The notes below the pieces were generated by a model. It did not search any database, was not told the DNA's origin, and saw nothing but the letters and a program-made list of their open reading frames with translations. A stretch of 64,000 bases of DNA. Source: Bacteroidaceae bacterium. GTDB lineage: Bacteria; Bacteroidota; Bacteroidia; Bacteroidales; Bacteroidaceae. Within the stretch, counting starts at the first letter, position 1; every line of letters starts with the position of its first letter. Location of the stretch: the NCBI GenBank assembly GCA_030843315.1, contig JAUUPT010000012.1, positions 642-64,641 on the forward strand, in the 5' to 3' direction. A program made the translations under genes and the position numbers. Shown piece by piece: positions 10,821 to 19,925 of the stretch.

Positions 10821-11896
10821 AGAATAGAATCATTCTTTGTTTGGGATGCTTGTTTGCATTCTTCCAACTTCAGGCACAAGTCAATACCAATCAGCAGCAT
10901 TTGTGCAATCCCAATTCTTTTTCTATTGTCTTGCTGGGCGACCCGCAGAATTATGTGAAGTATGACTATAATCAGCCTATCTTTGAGTTGATGACGGCAT
11001 GGACCGCCCATCATATAGATTCCCTCCGTATCAAAGCCGTTCTCTGTACGGGCGATTTGGTCGATCAGAATGAATGCATTCTTCCACCGTTTCCACGCTT
11101 CGGCAATCTTACGAGCAAGGAGCAGTGGACTTTTGTGTCGCATGCCTTTGAGCGGCTGGACAATAAAGTCCCTTATCTTATATCTACCGGCAACCATGAT
11201 TATGGCTATACCCGTTCGGAAAACGCGATGACCCGTTTCCCTGAATATTTCCCGATAGAACGAAACAGCCAATGGAAAAAGACGATTGTGGCGGTAACCA
11301 ATAACAGGCATGGTATGCCTACTCTTGAAAATGCTGCTATGGAGATTACCGACAAGCATTGGGGCAAGATATTAATCATAACCGTTGAGTTTGCTCCGCG
11401 CGATGAAGTCCTGTCATGGGCAAAAGACCTGGTAGCCGACAACCGTTTCAAAGATCACACGGTTATTCTTATCACCCATTCCTATCTTTCAGGTTTCGAC
11501 AGCAAACGCATCACTAAAGAAGGCTATAAGATAAGTCCGTCCAATACAGGTGAGGGCATTTGGCAAAAGTTGGTACAGCCTTCCTCTAATATCCGTCTTG
11601 TACTGTGCGGACATTACGCCACTCCCAACGAACGCAACGATTATACCACCGGATTCCGTACCGATAAAAATGCAGCCGGACATGAGGTGCATCAAATGAT
11701 GTTCAATTGCCAGGCTTTGGGCGGCGGAATGAGCGGCAATGGTGGAGACGGCTGGTTGCGGCTTCTCGAATTCCTACCGGATGGTCATACCATACAAGTC
11801 AGAACTTACTCTCCGCTATTTGGCTTCTCCCCCCAGACTAAGGAGAAGGCATGGCGTACGGAGTCATACGACCAATTCCAATTCATAATAAAGTAG
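10817..11896 (+). CDS. Secreted calcineurin-like metallophosphoesterase
   Basis: Start at ATG 10817 with a signal peptide; GDPQ, TGDLVD, GNHD, TH and CGH metal-binding motifs. Confidence 0.85.
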   Translation: MKNRIILCLGCLFAFFQLQAQVNTNQQHLCNPNSFSIVLLGDPQNYVKYDYNQPIFELMTAWTAHHIDSLRIKAVLCTGDLVDQNECILPPFPRFGNLTSKEQWTFVSHAFERLDNKVPYLISTGNHDYGYTRSENAMTRFPEYFPIERNSQWKKTIVAVTNNRHGMPTLENAAMEITDKHWGKILIITVEFAPRDEVLSWAKDLVADNRFKDHTVILITHSYLSGFDSKRITKEGYKISPSNTGEGIWQKLVQPSSNIRLVLCGHYATPNERNDYTTGFRTDKNAAGHEVHQMMFNCQALGGGMSGNGGDGWLRLLEFLPDGHTIQVRTYSPLFGFSPQTKEKAWRTESYDQFQFIIK

Positions 11897-11902
11897 ACGG
11901 AT

Positions 11903-12514
11903 ATGAAACGTATAGTATTAGCAGTTTTCCTCCTATTCGGTATTGGTATGGTTGTATCGGCACAAACAGTTTCGGAATGGACTCCTGCGAGTGCTAAGAA
12001 ATGGATGAAGAGTAATACCTGGGCCAATGGATGGACGGTGTCTCCCCATAAATCGGTCAATGCAATCGAATTTGCTGACCAATACCACAAAAACAAAGAA
12101 GTGTGGGATGCCGCCTTCCGCTTCCTTGCCCACAATGATCTGGACCAACTGCCCATAGGCGAGCACGTAATCTGTGAAGGGCGATGCTGGGCCACGGTAA
12201 GCGAATATACCCCCAAAGAGGAAGAAAAAGGAAATATCGAAAGCCATCGTCGTTTCATCGACCTTCAGTACACTCTCCGTGGCAATGAAAAGATGGGATT
12301 GGCAAAAGAGGCTGAAGTGCGTCAAGAATACATTCCCAAGAGAGACATTGCTTTTTACACTTCCACCAATATAAAGTATTATCCTGCCGGTGCCGGCTGT
12401 TTCTTTTTGTTTTTCCCGTCAGACATTCATCAGCCATCCGTTCGGGGCAAAGGCGAACTGACCAGGAGCCGGAAGATTGTGATAAAAATAGAGTATAAGA
12501 GCGGGACGCTTTGA
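11903..12514 (+). CDS. YhcH/YjgK/YiaL (NanQ-like) protein with signal peptide
   Basis: ESHRRFIDLQY, FFLFFPSDIHQP and KIVIKI motifs. Confidence 0.85.
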   Translation: MKRIVLAVFLLFGIGMVVSAQTVSEWTPASAKKWMKSNTWANGWTVSPHKSVNAIEFADQYHKNKEVWDAAFRFLAHNDLDQLPIGEHVICEGRCWATVSEYTPKEEEKGNIESHRRFIDLQYTLRGNEKMGLAKEAEVRQEYIPKRDIAFYTSTNIKYYPAGAGCFFLFFPSDIHQPSVRGKGELTRSRKIVIKIEYKSGTL

Positions 12515-12525
12515 TTCTACTGAAA

Positions 12526-12550
12526 ATAGTGATTGAAAATCAATCACTAT
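12526..12550 (+). terminator. Inverted repeat closing the utilisation locus
   Basis: ATAGTGATTG-aaaat-CAATCACTAT, a perfect 10-bp stem. It is AT-rich and could instead be an operator. Confidence 0.45.
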
Positions 12551-12564
12551 TACACGAAAATTTG

Positions 12565-12572
12565 TAATTTTG
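12565..12572 (+). promoter_or_regulatory. Bacteroidetes -7 promoter element for proS
   Basis: TAATTTTG matches TAnnTTTG. Confidence 0.6.
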
Positions 12573-12618
12573 CCGACTGTTTAGTGAAATCATTGATAAC
12601 TTTAAAAAACGAAATAGA

Positions 12619-14112
12619 ATGGCAGTAGAATTGAAAGACCTTACCAAACGTAGTGAGAACTATTCTCAGTGGTACAACGAGTTGGTGGTGAAGGCCGATT
12701 TGGCAGAACAATCGGCTGTGCGCGGCTGTATGGTGATTAAGCCTTACGGATACGCTATTTGGGAGAAGATGCAACGTCAGTTGGACGATATGTTCAAAGA
12801 AACCGGACACGTCAACGCTTATTTCCCCTTGCTTATCCCGAAATCATTCCTGAGCCGTGAAGCAGAGCATGTGGAAGGTTTTGCCAAGGAGTGTGCCGTA
12901 GTGACGCACTATCGTTTGAAGAACGACCCGAATGGCGGCGGCGTGGTGGTAGACCCTGCCGCAAAGCTGGAAGAAGAACTCATCATCCGTCCTACTTCCG
13001 AAACCATCATTTGGAATACTTATAAGAACTGGATCAATTCATACCGCGATTTGCCTATCTTGTGCAACCAGTGGGCAAATGTATTCCGTTGGGAAATGCG
13101 TACCCGCCTGTTCCTGCGTACGGCAGAGTTCTTATGGCAAGAAGGCCACACGGCGCATGCCACTCGCGAAGAGGCGGAAGAAGAAGCTGTAAGAATGCTG
13201 AACGTATATGGCGAGTTTGCCGAGAAGTACATGGCAGTGCCTGTGGTGAAAGGTGTGAAGTCGGCGAACGAACGTTTTGCCGGTGCGCTCAATACCTATA
13301 CCATCGAAGCTATGATGCAAGATGGCAAGGCCCTGCAAAGCGGTACTTCCCACTTCCTGGGACAGAATTTTGCCAAGGCATTCGACGTACAGTTCGTCAA
13401 CAAGGAGAACAAACTGGAATATGTTTGGGCTACTTCCTGGGGGGTATCCACCCGCTTAATGGGTGCTCTTATTATGACCCACTCCGATGATAACGGCTTG
13501 GTGCTGCCGCCACACCTGGCTCCGATACAGGTAGTGATTGTTCCTATCTATAAGAATGCAGAGATGCTGGCCAAGATTGACGAGAAGGTAGCCGGCATCG
13601 TTGCCAAACTGAAATCCATGGGTATCTCTGTGAAGTACGACAATGCTGACAACAAGCGTCCGGGCTTCAAGTTTGCCGATTACGAATTGAAGGGTGTTCC
13701 CGTGCGCCTCGTAATGGGTGGTCGCGACCTGGAGAACGGCACCATGGAAGTGATGCGCCGCGACACGCTGGAGAAGGAAACCCGCGCGTGCGAAGGTATC
13801 GAAGAATACGTAAAGGATTTGCTCGAAGAAATGCAGGCAAACATCTATAAGAAAGCGCTCGACTATCGCAACAGCAAAATCACCAGCGTAGACAGCTACG
13901 AAGAGTTCAAGGAGAAGATTGAAGACGGCGGCTTTATTTTGGCCCACTGGGATGGCACTACCGAAACAGAAGAGAAGATTAAGGAAGAGACCAAAGCAAC
14001 CATCCGTTGCATTCCTTTCGAATCTTTTGTACCGGGTGATAAAGAACCGGGCAAATGTATGGTAACGGGCAAGCCGTCCGCTTGCCGCGTGATATTTGCA
14101 CGTTCTTATTAA
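12619..14112 (+). CDS. proS: Prolyl-tRNA synthetase (archaeal/eukaryote-like type usual in Bacteroidetes)
   Basis: [51 protein letters not shown] and C-terminal FARSY. Confidence 0.98.
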   Translation: MAVELKDLTKRSENYSQWYNELVVKADLAEQSAVRGCMVIKPYGYAIWEKMQRQLDDMFKETGHVNAYFPLLIPKSFLSREAEHVEGFAKECAVVTHYRLKNDPNGGGVVVDPAAKLEEELIIRPTSETIIWNTYKNWINSYRDLPILCNQWANVFRWEMRTRLFLRTAEFLWQEGHTAHATREEAEEEAVRMLNVYGEFAEKYMAVPVVKGVKSANERFAGALNTYTIEAMMQDGKALQSGTSHFLGQNFAKAFDVQFVNKENKLEYVWATSWGVSTRLMGALIMTHSDDNGLVLPPHLAPIQVVIVPIYKNAEMLAKIDEKVAGIVAKLKSMGISVKYDNADNKRPGFKFADYELKGVPVRLVMGGRDLENGTMEVMRRDTLEKETRACEGIEEYVKDLLEEMQANIYKKALDYRNSKITSVDSYEEFKEKIEDGGFILAHWDGTTETEEKIKEETKATIRCIPFESFVPGDKEPGKCMVTGKPSACRVIFARSY

Positions 14113-14125
14113 TATATTAGTTGGC

Positions 14126-14168
14126 AAGAAAAAGAGGGAAGAGGTTAACTTTTTCCCTCTTTTTCTTT
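14126..14168 (+). terminator. Intrinsic terminator of proS
   Basis: AAGAAAAAGAGGGAA...TTCCCTCTTTTTCTT hairpin with a T-rich tail. Confidence 0.8.
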
Positions 14169-14196
14169 GACAGCATTTTATATTTCTTTACTTTTG
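14166..14196 (+). promoter_or_regulatory. Consensus Bacteroidetes housekeeping promoter of the pilus island
   Basis: TTTG (14166-14169), a 19-nt spacer, then TACTTTTG (14189-14196). Confidence 0.75.
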
Positions 14197-14229
14197 CCCC
14201 GTGCAAATGAATAAATCAATGCAACACAA

Positions 14230-14340
<111 letters not shown>

Positions 14341-14506
14341 GCACTTCTCTCTAAAAATATTCCGATTACACATTTTCTTTATACTTGTATTCCCGCGGCT
14401 TAACAAAGCTCCGCCGGAACCTGCATACGCGTGCCGTTCGTCCTGAATGACAGGTGCGGATACCTCATTTTCTCTGCAATAATAACATTTCAAATCCCCA
14501 ATATTT

Positions 14507-14635
14507 ATGAAAACAAATTACGAATCCCCCGAAGTCCTCATTTTGAGGGTAACCGTGGAAAGCGGTTATGAAATCTCAGTCGGCGGCGGCACCTTTGGCG
14601 ACGGCGACGACTATGTGGTTTTACCCACCGATTAA
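14507..14635 (+). CDS. Small 42-aa peptide MKTNYESPEVLILRVTVESGYEISVGGGTFGDGDDYVVLPTD
   Basis: Read by hand. AT-rich context before the ATG; ends 18 nt before the first fimbrillin; MKxxYxxP...E...S pattern. Confidence 0.65.
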   Translation: MKTNYESPEVLILRVTVESGYEISVGGGTFGDGDDYVVLPTD

Positions 14636-14653
14636 AGAAAGGAGACCACCATT

Positions 14654-15514
14654 ATGAAACTACAATTCATTCCCGTTTTTCGATTGTCCGTCCTGCTGCC
14701 CCTGTTGCTTGCAGGCTGTTCCGGAGCCGATGCTCCCGATGCTGCCGGCTCTCCTGCCGACGTCTCCTTGTGGCAACCTGCAACAACCCGTGCCGTAGCG
14801 GGCGATGTGGCAACTATTGCCGGTTACGCTTCCGCCGATGCTTCCACTCCGGCTTTCTCTGCCGATGTTGAGTATCGGGCAGATAACATCTGGTACTGGC
14901 AGTCCGGCAGCTACACCCCGCCGCTAAGCGGAGTCAAGGTTCTTGCCGCTTCCATCCCCACCGTCTCCATGACACAGGGCACTGCCACGCTCTTCCAGTA
15001 CGATATAAAAGACTATTCCCGCGGGCTGATGCTGGGCGCTGTGCCCTATGCTGACGGTGTCACCGTCATTCCCGTCCATCACCGGCTGGCGCGCATCGAC
15101 ATCAGTTGCAAGGGCAGTCATTGGCTGAATACCTCTCTCTACCTCTATCTGGCAAACAGTGCCGATGTAGACTTCCCCCGTGGCACGCTGACGACGAACG
15201 CCGGCAAAAGCGACTACCTTCAGCAGATGCAGGACAGCCGCACCGCCACCCTCACCATCTTCCCCCAAACCTTTCACCGGGGCGATGTGCTTTTCCATTA
15301 TCGTTATGGCAGCAGCACCTATTCCTATACTCTAAAAAAAGACTACGTAGTAGGGGCCAATCAGTGCCTGTACGTGAAAATAGCGTCCGGCGACGAAGAT
15401 TCCGACCCTGACCCCACGCCGCCCGATCCGCCCGTGGTCGATGTGGAAATCAGCGTGGCGTCCATCGTGAGTCCTTGGGAACAGGGTGGAAGTCAGTCGG
15501 GCGATGCCGAATAA
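14654..15514 (+). CDS. Fimbrillin-family (type V pilus) lipoprotein
   Basis: Lipobox LAGC, ATTRA processing motif, HRLARI, a Pro/Asp linker and a C-terminal IVSPWE strand. Confidence 0.75.
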   Translation: MKLQFIPVFRLSVLLPLLLAGCSGADAPDAAGSPADVSLWQPATTRAVAGDVATIAGYASADASTPAFSADVEYRADNIWYWQSGSYTPPLSGVKVLAASIPTVSMTQGTATLFQYDIKDYSRGLMLGAVPYADGVTVIPVHHRLARIDISCKGSHWLNTSLYLYLANSADVDFPRGTLTTNAGKSDYLQQMQDSRTATLTIFPQTFHRGDVLFHYRYGSSTYSYTLKKDYVVGANQCLYVKIASGDEDSDPDPTPPDPPVVDVEISVASIVSPWEQGGSQSGDAE

Positions 15515-15550
15515 TAACAATAAAATATACTAACCATAAAAAAGAAGAAT

Positions 15551-16582
15551 ATGAAACTGAAATCATTTATCACTTTTGTAGCCACTGCCCTTTTATTGGC
15601 AGGTTGCAGCAACGACGAAACCGAGACAACAATCAGTGGCCCGGTAGAACTCCGCCTGACAAGCGGCGTAGAAGTGCCGCAAACACGCAGTACCCAAGAA
15701 ACCTCTATCGCCGAGGGCGAAGTAGTAAGTGTATGGGTGGACAATGCCGGAACCACCCCGGACCCGACGCCTGTCTATGAAGCCATTCAGCTTACGGCTA
15801 CCGCCGGCAACGGCTTTACCGGCAGTACCACCATGTACTTCCCCGCCGGCGGTACTACGCTGAACATCTACGCCATCCACGGCAATTTCACCCCTGCTTT
15901 CCAAGCCGATGCCGAATTCCCCGCTTCCGCCATTACCCATACGGTGGAAAACGACCAAACTTCCGGCGCAGATGGCAGCATGGCCAATTATCTCAAATCC
16001 GACCTGCTCTATGCCGTGCAGAAGGGCGTAACAGCGAGTGATAACGTTACCAATCACGTGAAAACCCAGCAACTCACCTTCTACCACCTGCTCTCCAAAA
16101 TAGAGGTAGCTTTGAAAGCAGGCACGGGAAGTCCCAACTTGACAGACGCCACCGTAACCATCGAAGGCACCAAGCTGAAAGCCGATTTCACGCCAAGCAA
16201 AGATGCAACGATGGCCGATGCTTCCGGTGTCAGTAATACCCGTGCCAGTATGGTAACGGCAACTGCCAGTGACAATGATCCCGCCCCGATTACTATCCCG
16301 GCTGCAATCACCACCAATGACTTCAGCACCGGCACTTCCTATGCCGAAGCCATCGTCGTTCCCCAAACGATAGCCAAGGACGCTCCGTTTATCAAAGTGG
16401 AGCTTTCCGATGGCACTGAGTTGGTTTATAAGATACCCGACACCGGTGGTCTGGAACTTAAAAGCGGCAAGAAGTACACTTACAATATCACGGTAAGTCT
16501 GACCAGCCTTACGGTGACTTCTAAGATTGAGCCGTGGGAATCAGCAGGTACTTCCAAGCCCGGCGACGCCGTAATGCAATAA
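15551..16582 (+). CDS. Fimbrillin-family (Mfa/FimA-like) pilin
   Basis: Lipobox LAGC, QTRS, SDLLYA, LTFYHLLSKI, AIVVPQT, GKKYTYNITV and IEPWE. Confidence 0.9.
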   Translation: MKLKSFITFVATALLLAGCSNDETETTISGPVELRLTSGVEVPQTRSTQETSIAEGEVVSVWVDNAGTTPDPTPVYEAIQLTATAGNGFTGSTTMYFPAGGTTLNIYAIHGNFTPAFQADAEFPASAITHTVENDQTSGADGSMANYLKSDLLYAVQKGVTASDNVTNHVKTQQLTFYHLLSKIEVALKAGTGSPNLTDATVTIEGTKLKADFTPSKDATMADASGVSNTRASMVTATASDNDPAPITIPAAITTNDFSTGTSYAEAIVVPQTIAKDAPFIKVELSDGTELVYKIPDTGGLELKSGKKYTYNITVSLTSLTVTSKIEPWESAGTSKPGDAVMQ

Positions 16583-16591
16583 AAAAAGAAC

Positions 16592-16712
16592 AATGCCGAG
16601 CCTGCTTTTTCGAGTCTCCGACAAGGCGATGCCGAGTCGCTGACTCGATCCCGTCAAGTCAGCGATAAGACGTCCTCGAGTCAGCGACAAGAGAAAGCAG
16701 GCTTCGGAGCAT
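16592..16712 (+). repeat. Structured element: 4 x 22-nt degenerate repeat inside nested inverted repeats
   Basis: Units begin at 16611, 16633, 16655 and 16677 (C(G/A)AGTC...). GTCGCTGACTCGA pairs with TCGAGTCAGCGAC; outer CCGAGCCTGCTTT pairs with AAAGCAGGCTTCGG. Confidence 0.8.
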
Positions 16713-16740
16713 TTAATAATAAACTTAAAACATTAGTATC

Positions 16741-17214
16741 ATGCCATTTTGGAAGAAAATGTTTAATCAAAGACAGGCAGTTTACTATCCCCGCGCCATT
16801 GTGCAGGGTAAACCCGTAGAAACGGAAACCATTGCCAAGGACCTGGCGAAGATCTCCACAGTAAGTAACTCCGATGTCCAAGCCGTACTGGGCGACATTG
16901 CCGGTGTAATGCACACCCGCATGTCCCAGGGCAAGAGCGTCCACATCAAAGGCCTGGGCTATTTCCGCTATACGCTCGACACCAAGGGTGTGAAAGACCT
17001 CAAAGATTTTGATTTCGAGAAGCAAGTGCAAGCCGTCCGCATCGAGTTCATCCCCGACCGCACCAAGCTGAGCAACGGCACCTACACCCGTGCCCTTGTC
17101 GATAGTGACACGCTGGAGTGGATTGAACTCTCGCCCGACACCAAAGACCAGGACCCCGCACAGGGTGGCGGCTCCGGCAGCGACGGCGACCTGGACGAGA
17201 ATCCGATGGGATAG
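16741..17214 (+). CDS. HU/IHF-family DNA-binding protein (Bacteroidetes extended type)
   Basis: STVSNSDVQAVL, QGKSVHIKGLGYF, IEFIP and a Gly/acidic tail ending DENPMG. Confidence 0.85.
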   Translation: MPFWKKMFNQRQAVYYPRAIVQGKPVETETIAKDLAKISTVSNSDVQAVLGDIAGVMHTRMSQGKSVHIKGLGYFRYTLDTKGVKDLKDFDFEKQVQAVRIEFIPDRTKLSNGTYTRALVDSDTLEWIELSPDTKDQDPAQGGGSGSDGDLDENPMG

Positions 17215-17228
17215 TCCTATTGAAAGTA

Positions 17229-17258
17229 GCCACTGGCAGCCTCGCCGCTGCCGGTGGC
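17229..17258 (+). promoter_or_regulatory. GC-rich stem-loop after the HU gene
   Basis: GCCACTGGCAGC pairs with GCTGCCGGTGGC (12 bp, one G-U); no U-tract follows. Confidence 0.55.
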
Positions 17259-17295
17259 ACGAATGAAAGACAAAAGAACAGAAAAGAACAATGAT

Positions 17296-18282
17296 ATGGT
17301 AAACAAGCTAATTACATTTAGAAATTTAGTGGCGGCGGGCATACTTTGCCTCGTTGCTGTCTCGTGCACTGAGGATGCCGATACAGACAACCGCCTGCCT
17401 GCCGGCAAATACCCCATGACGTTCACCGCCGCGGTGGAAAGGCTGACCGCCACCCGCGCCACAACAGATGGCTCATGGACAGGAAGTGAGGTAGTAGCCA
17501 TACAGATAGGCGAAGTAAAGAAATACATAGCCGCATCCGATGGCAGCCTGACCGTAGAAAGTAATAAAGAACCTTTCTACTGGACTAACCAAACCATGAA
17601 CGTTTCGGCATGGTACTCTTCTTCTTCCTACTTGGATACAAAGCAGCCCACTACGTTCAGTGTACAGGAAAACCAGAGCAACGGCGGCTATCAGGCAAGC
17701 GATTTCCTGTATTCCGCTCCGCAGAACATCACCTTTCAAAACGATGGCAGCAGTCCCAAACTTACATTCAAGCATCTGCCCGCCAAGGTGGTTGTCAACT
17801 TGAAATACGGTGAAGGAGTAACAGAACAAGAAGTATCCGGCGCCATCGTCAGCATCCTTAATCAGGCAACCACTTCGGGAACGATTGCCGACAACGGCAC
17901 AGTGACGCAAGTCACTTCCGGCAATACTACCATTGTCTCCAATGTACTAATCTCTGCCGCCTCTGGCTATCAGAAGAGCGTGCAAGCCCTACTTGTCCCG
18001 CAGCAGATGAAAGACAAGCAATTCATTAAAGTAACCATCGGCTCGGATGCTGCCGCACGCGAATACTTCTATACCCCCACCGGCGCTGATGCTGCCAACC
18101 TCGAAGCCGGTAAGGCATATACCTATACCGTTACCGTAAAGAGAGACAAATTAGAGGTAACGGCAGGAACTTCCGTTTCGTGGGAGGGTGGAACGGATAT
18201 CCCTGGCACCAACATTACGGCAGAATCAAACGGCGCCTATCATCTCCACCGCTTTTGGCGTCAGCTACGACGCTCCTGCTGA
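17296..18282 (+). CDS. Fimbrillin-family pilin (alternative start 17263)
   Basis: Lipobox AVSC, ATRA, SDFLYS, LTFKHLPAKV, ALLVPQ and AGKAYTYTVTV. Confidence 0.88.
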   Translation: MVNKLITFRNLVAAGILCLVAVSCTEDADTDNRLPAGKYPMTFTAAVERLTATRATTDGSWTGSEVVAIQIGEVKKYIAASDGSLTVESNKEPFYWTNQTMNVSAWYSSSSYLDTKQPTTFSVQENQSNGGYQASDFLYSAPQNITFQNDGSSPKLTFKHLPAKVVVNLKYGEGVTEQEVSGAIVSILNQATTSGTIADNGTVTQVTSGNTTIVSNVLISAASGYQKSVQALLVPQQMKDKQFIKVTIGSDAAAREYFYTPTGADAANLEAGKAYTYTVTVKRDKLEVTAGTSVSWEGGTDIPGTNITAESNGAYHLHRFWRQLRRSC

Positions 18283-18348
18283 TAAGTAGAAAAGCCTTGT
18301 CCCCACCTCCGGCTTGTGCCGTCCTCACTTTTTAATACTAACAATACA

Positions 18349-19899
18349 ATGAAGAAAATAAGAATCAACAGATTTATCTATATGGCAGCAGCGTTCAGCC
18401 TGCTGCTTTCGGGTTGCAGTAAAGAAGATTCGTATCAGGAATCTACGGCCCATACCGTCAGTAAAGCGTTTACCTTGCAGGTAAATGCCTCCGCCTATTC
18501 TTCCGCCGGAACGCGTGCCAGCGATACGGGAATCACCACCACGTTCGCCAGCGAGGACAAATTGGGCATCATTGTTACCCATAAGGATGGAAGTGTAGAA
18601 CACTTCGTCTATACCTACGACGGTTCGTCATGGACCAGTTCCACCCCCTTCTATTATAACTACCAGGACAGTTACGCCGCCTACTACCCTTATAAGGAAG
18701 ATTTGAATGGCAAGACACTCAGCGAAGTAAAGTCCGCCTTTACTCCTCCCACCGACCAGTCCGACTATGCTACCGGTTATGCCGCTTCGGACTTGATGAC
18801 GTGCAAAAACGCTATACTGGACAAAACAGACTGGAAACTGCAAATCACGCTTACTCACGCGTTCTCAATGCTTCGCTTTCCGGCAGATATTCCTGTAAAA
18901 AGCAGGTGCGAGGATGGTAACACGTATCAGTATTCGCTTCCCGCTACCGACATCGTCTTCCATATCGGCGATACCCCTTACAAGCCATGGATGGGCAACG
19001 ACGGCTACGCCCGCCTGATTGTTGGAAACAACAGTAACAGTGACATATCCGTGAAAAGTTCCTATACGCTTCAGGGAAAACAAACTGAAACCAGCGGTAT
19101 GGTTACTTCATTTGCTTCCGGGCAGTATTATACCCTCATCCCTCAGGTTCAGGACTTGGGCGATTATAAGTTCTCGGATGTACGTGTGGGCGATTTCTAT
19201 TGCAAGAATTCTGATGGAAACGGTTTTGTAATTCCCCATGAAGCCTCGCTGCCGGACGAACTGAAAAATAATTGCATTGGCATCGTGTTCCACACTGGTA
19301 AGCACAATAACGATATGTCCAATTATTCTAATCCGCTTACTACGAATGGTCCTTGCATCCCCAAAGATGAAAATGGTGCCCCGCAAGTCCACGGTTATGC
19401 CGTAGCGTTGGCAGATGCCACAGACAACGGTTATTGTAAGTGGGGCGTATATGGCACCTCATTGGGAAACTATCCGACGGATGAAAGTGGAAATCCCATT
19501 AATAATTATGGCGGTGACACCGATTGGAGCGGTTACCATTATACTCAGAATATGAAAACTGCTGCCGAAAAGGATGGCGGTAGCCTGACAAGTAATACTG
19601 AGGCAGGTTATCCCGCCGCCTATTATGCCCTGAATTATGAAACCACGGTTCCTGCCCCTGCTAACAGCAGTGGTTGGTTTTTGCCTGCCATCAGTCAGAT
19701 GTGGCAGGTATACCAAATTCGTAATTCCTTTAGCAATATTGGTGGCAGCAATCTTCAGAGTGATTGGTACTGGTCCTCTTCGGAGTTCTACTACCGCCCG
19801 GGCGACTTCGGTTTGTATGTGGATGTCGACAACGGCTACGTGCGCTACGACAATAAGAGCAATAGGCTCAGCTACGTGCGTCCGGTCTTAGCTTTTTAA
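18349..19899 (+). CDS. Fimbrillin tip adhesin with C-terminal CLec-like (DUF1566-type) domain; candidate DGR target
   Basis: Start ATG 18349, lipobox LSGC, GTRA, a pilin domain (SDLM, LTHAFS), then VGDFY..DG, IGIVF, GWFLPAISQ, YWSSSE...VRPVLAF. Confidence 0.88.
   Translation: MKKIRINRFIYMAAAFSLLLSGCSKEDSYQESTAHTVSKAFTLQVNASAYSSAGTRASDTGITTTFASEDKLGIIVTHKDGSVEHFVYTYDGSSWTSSTPFYYNYQDSYAAYYPYKEDLNGKTLSEVKSAFTPPTDQSDYATGYAASDLMTCKNAILDKTDWKLQITLTHAFSMLRFPADIPVKSRCEDGNTYQYSLPATDIVFHIGDTPYKPWMGNDGYARLIVGNNSNSDISVKSSYTLQGKQTETSGMVTSFASGQYYTLIPQVQDLGDYKFSDVRVGDFYCKNSDGNGFVIPHEASLPDELKNNCIGIVFHTGKHNNDMSNYSNPLTTNGPCIPKDENGAPQVHGYAVALADATDNGYCKWGVYGTSLGNYPTDESGNPINNYGGDTDWSGYHYTQNMKTAAEKDGGSLTSNTEAGYPAAYYALNYETTVPAPANSSGWFLPAISQMWQVYQIRNSFSNIGGSNLQSDWYWSSSEFYYRPGDFGLYVDVDNGYVRYDNKSNRLSYVRPVLAF
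19786..19899 (+). other. Putative DGR variable region (VR) with IMH-like 3' end
   Basis: Of 30 codons at 19786-19875, 19 end in C, 5 in T, 6 in G and none in A. They are followed by GTGCGTCCGGTCTTAGCTTTTTAA. Confidence 0.65.
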
Positions 19900-19925
19900 T
19901 CTATTTATCAATTTAGATTATTTAC

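Noticed and set aside
14507..14635. Complete lasso-peptide/RiPP cluster using the YxxP peptide and nearby asnB
   Set aside because: asnB is a canonical full-length asparagine synthase with an Ntn glutaminase domain in the glt operon; no RRE, leader peptidase or exporter lies beside the peptide.
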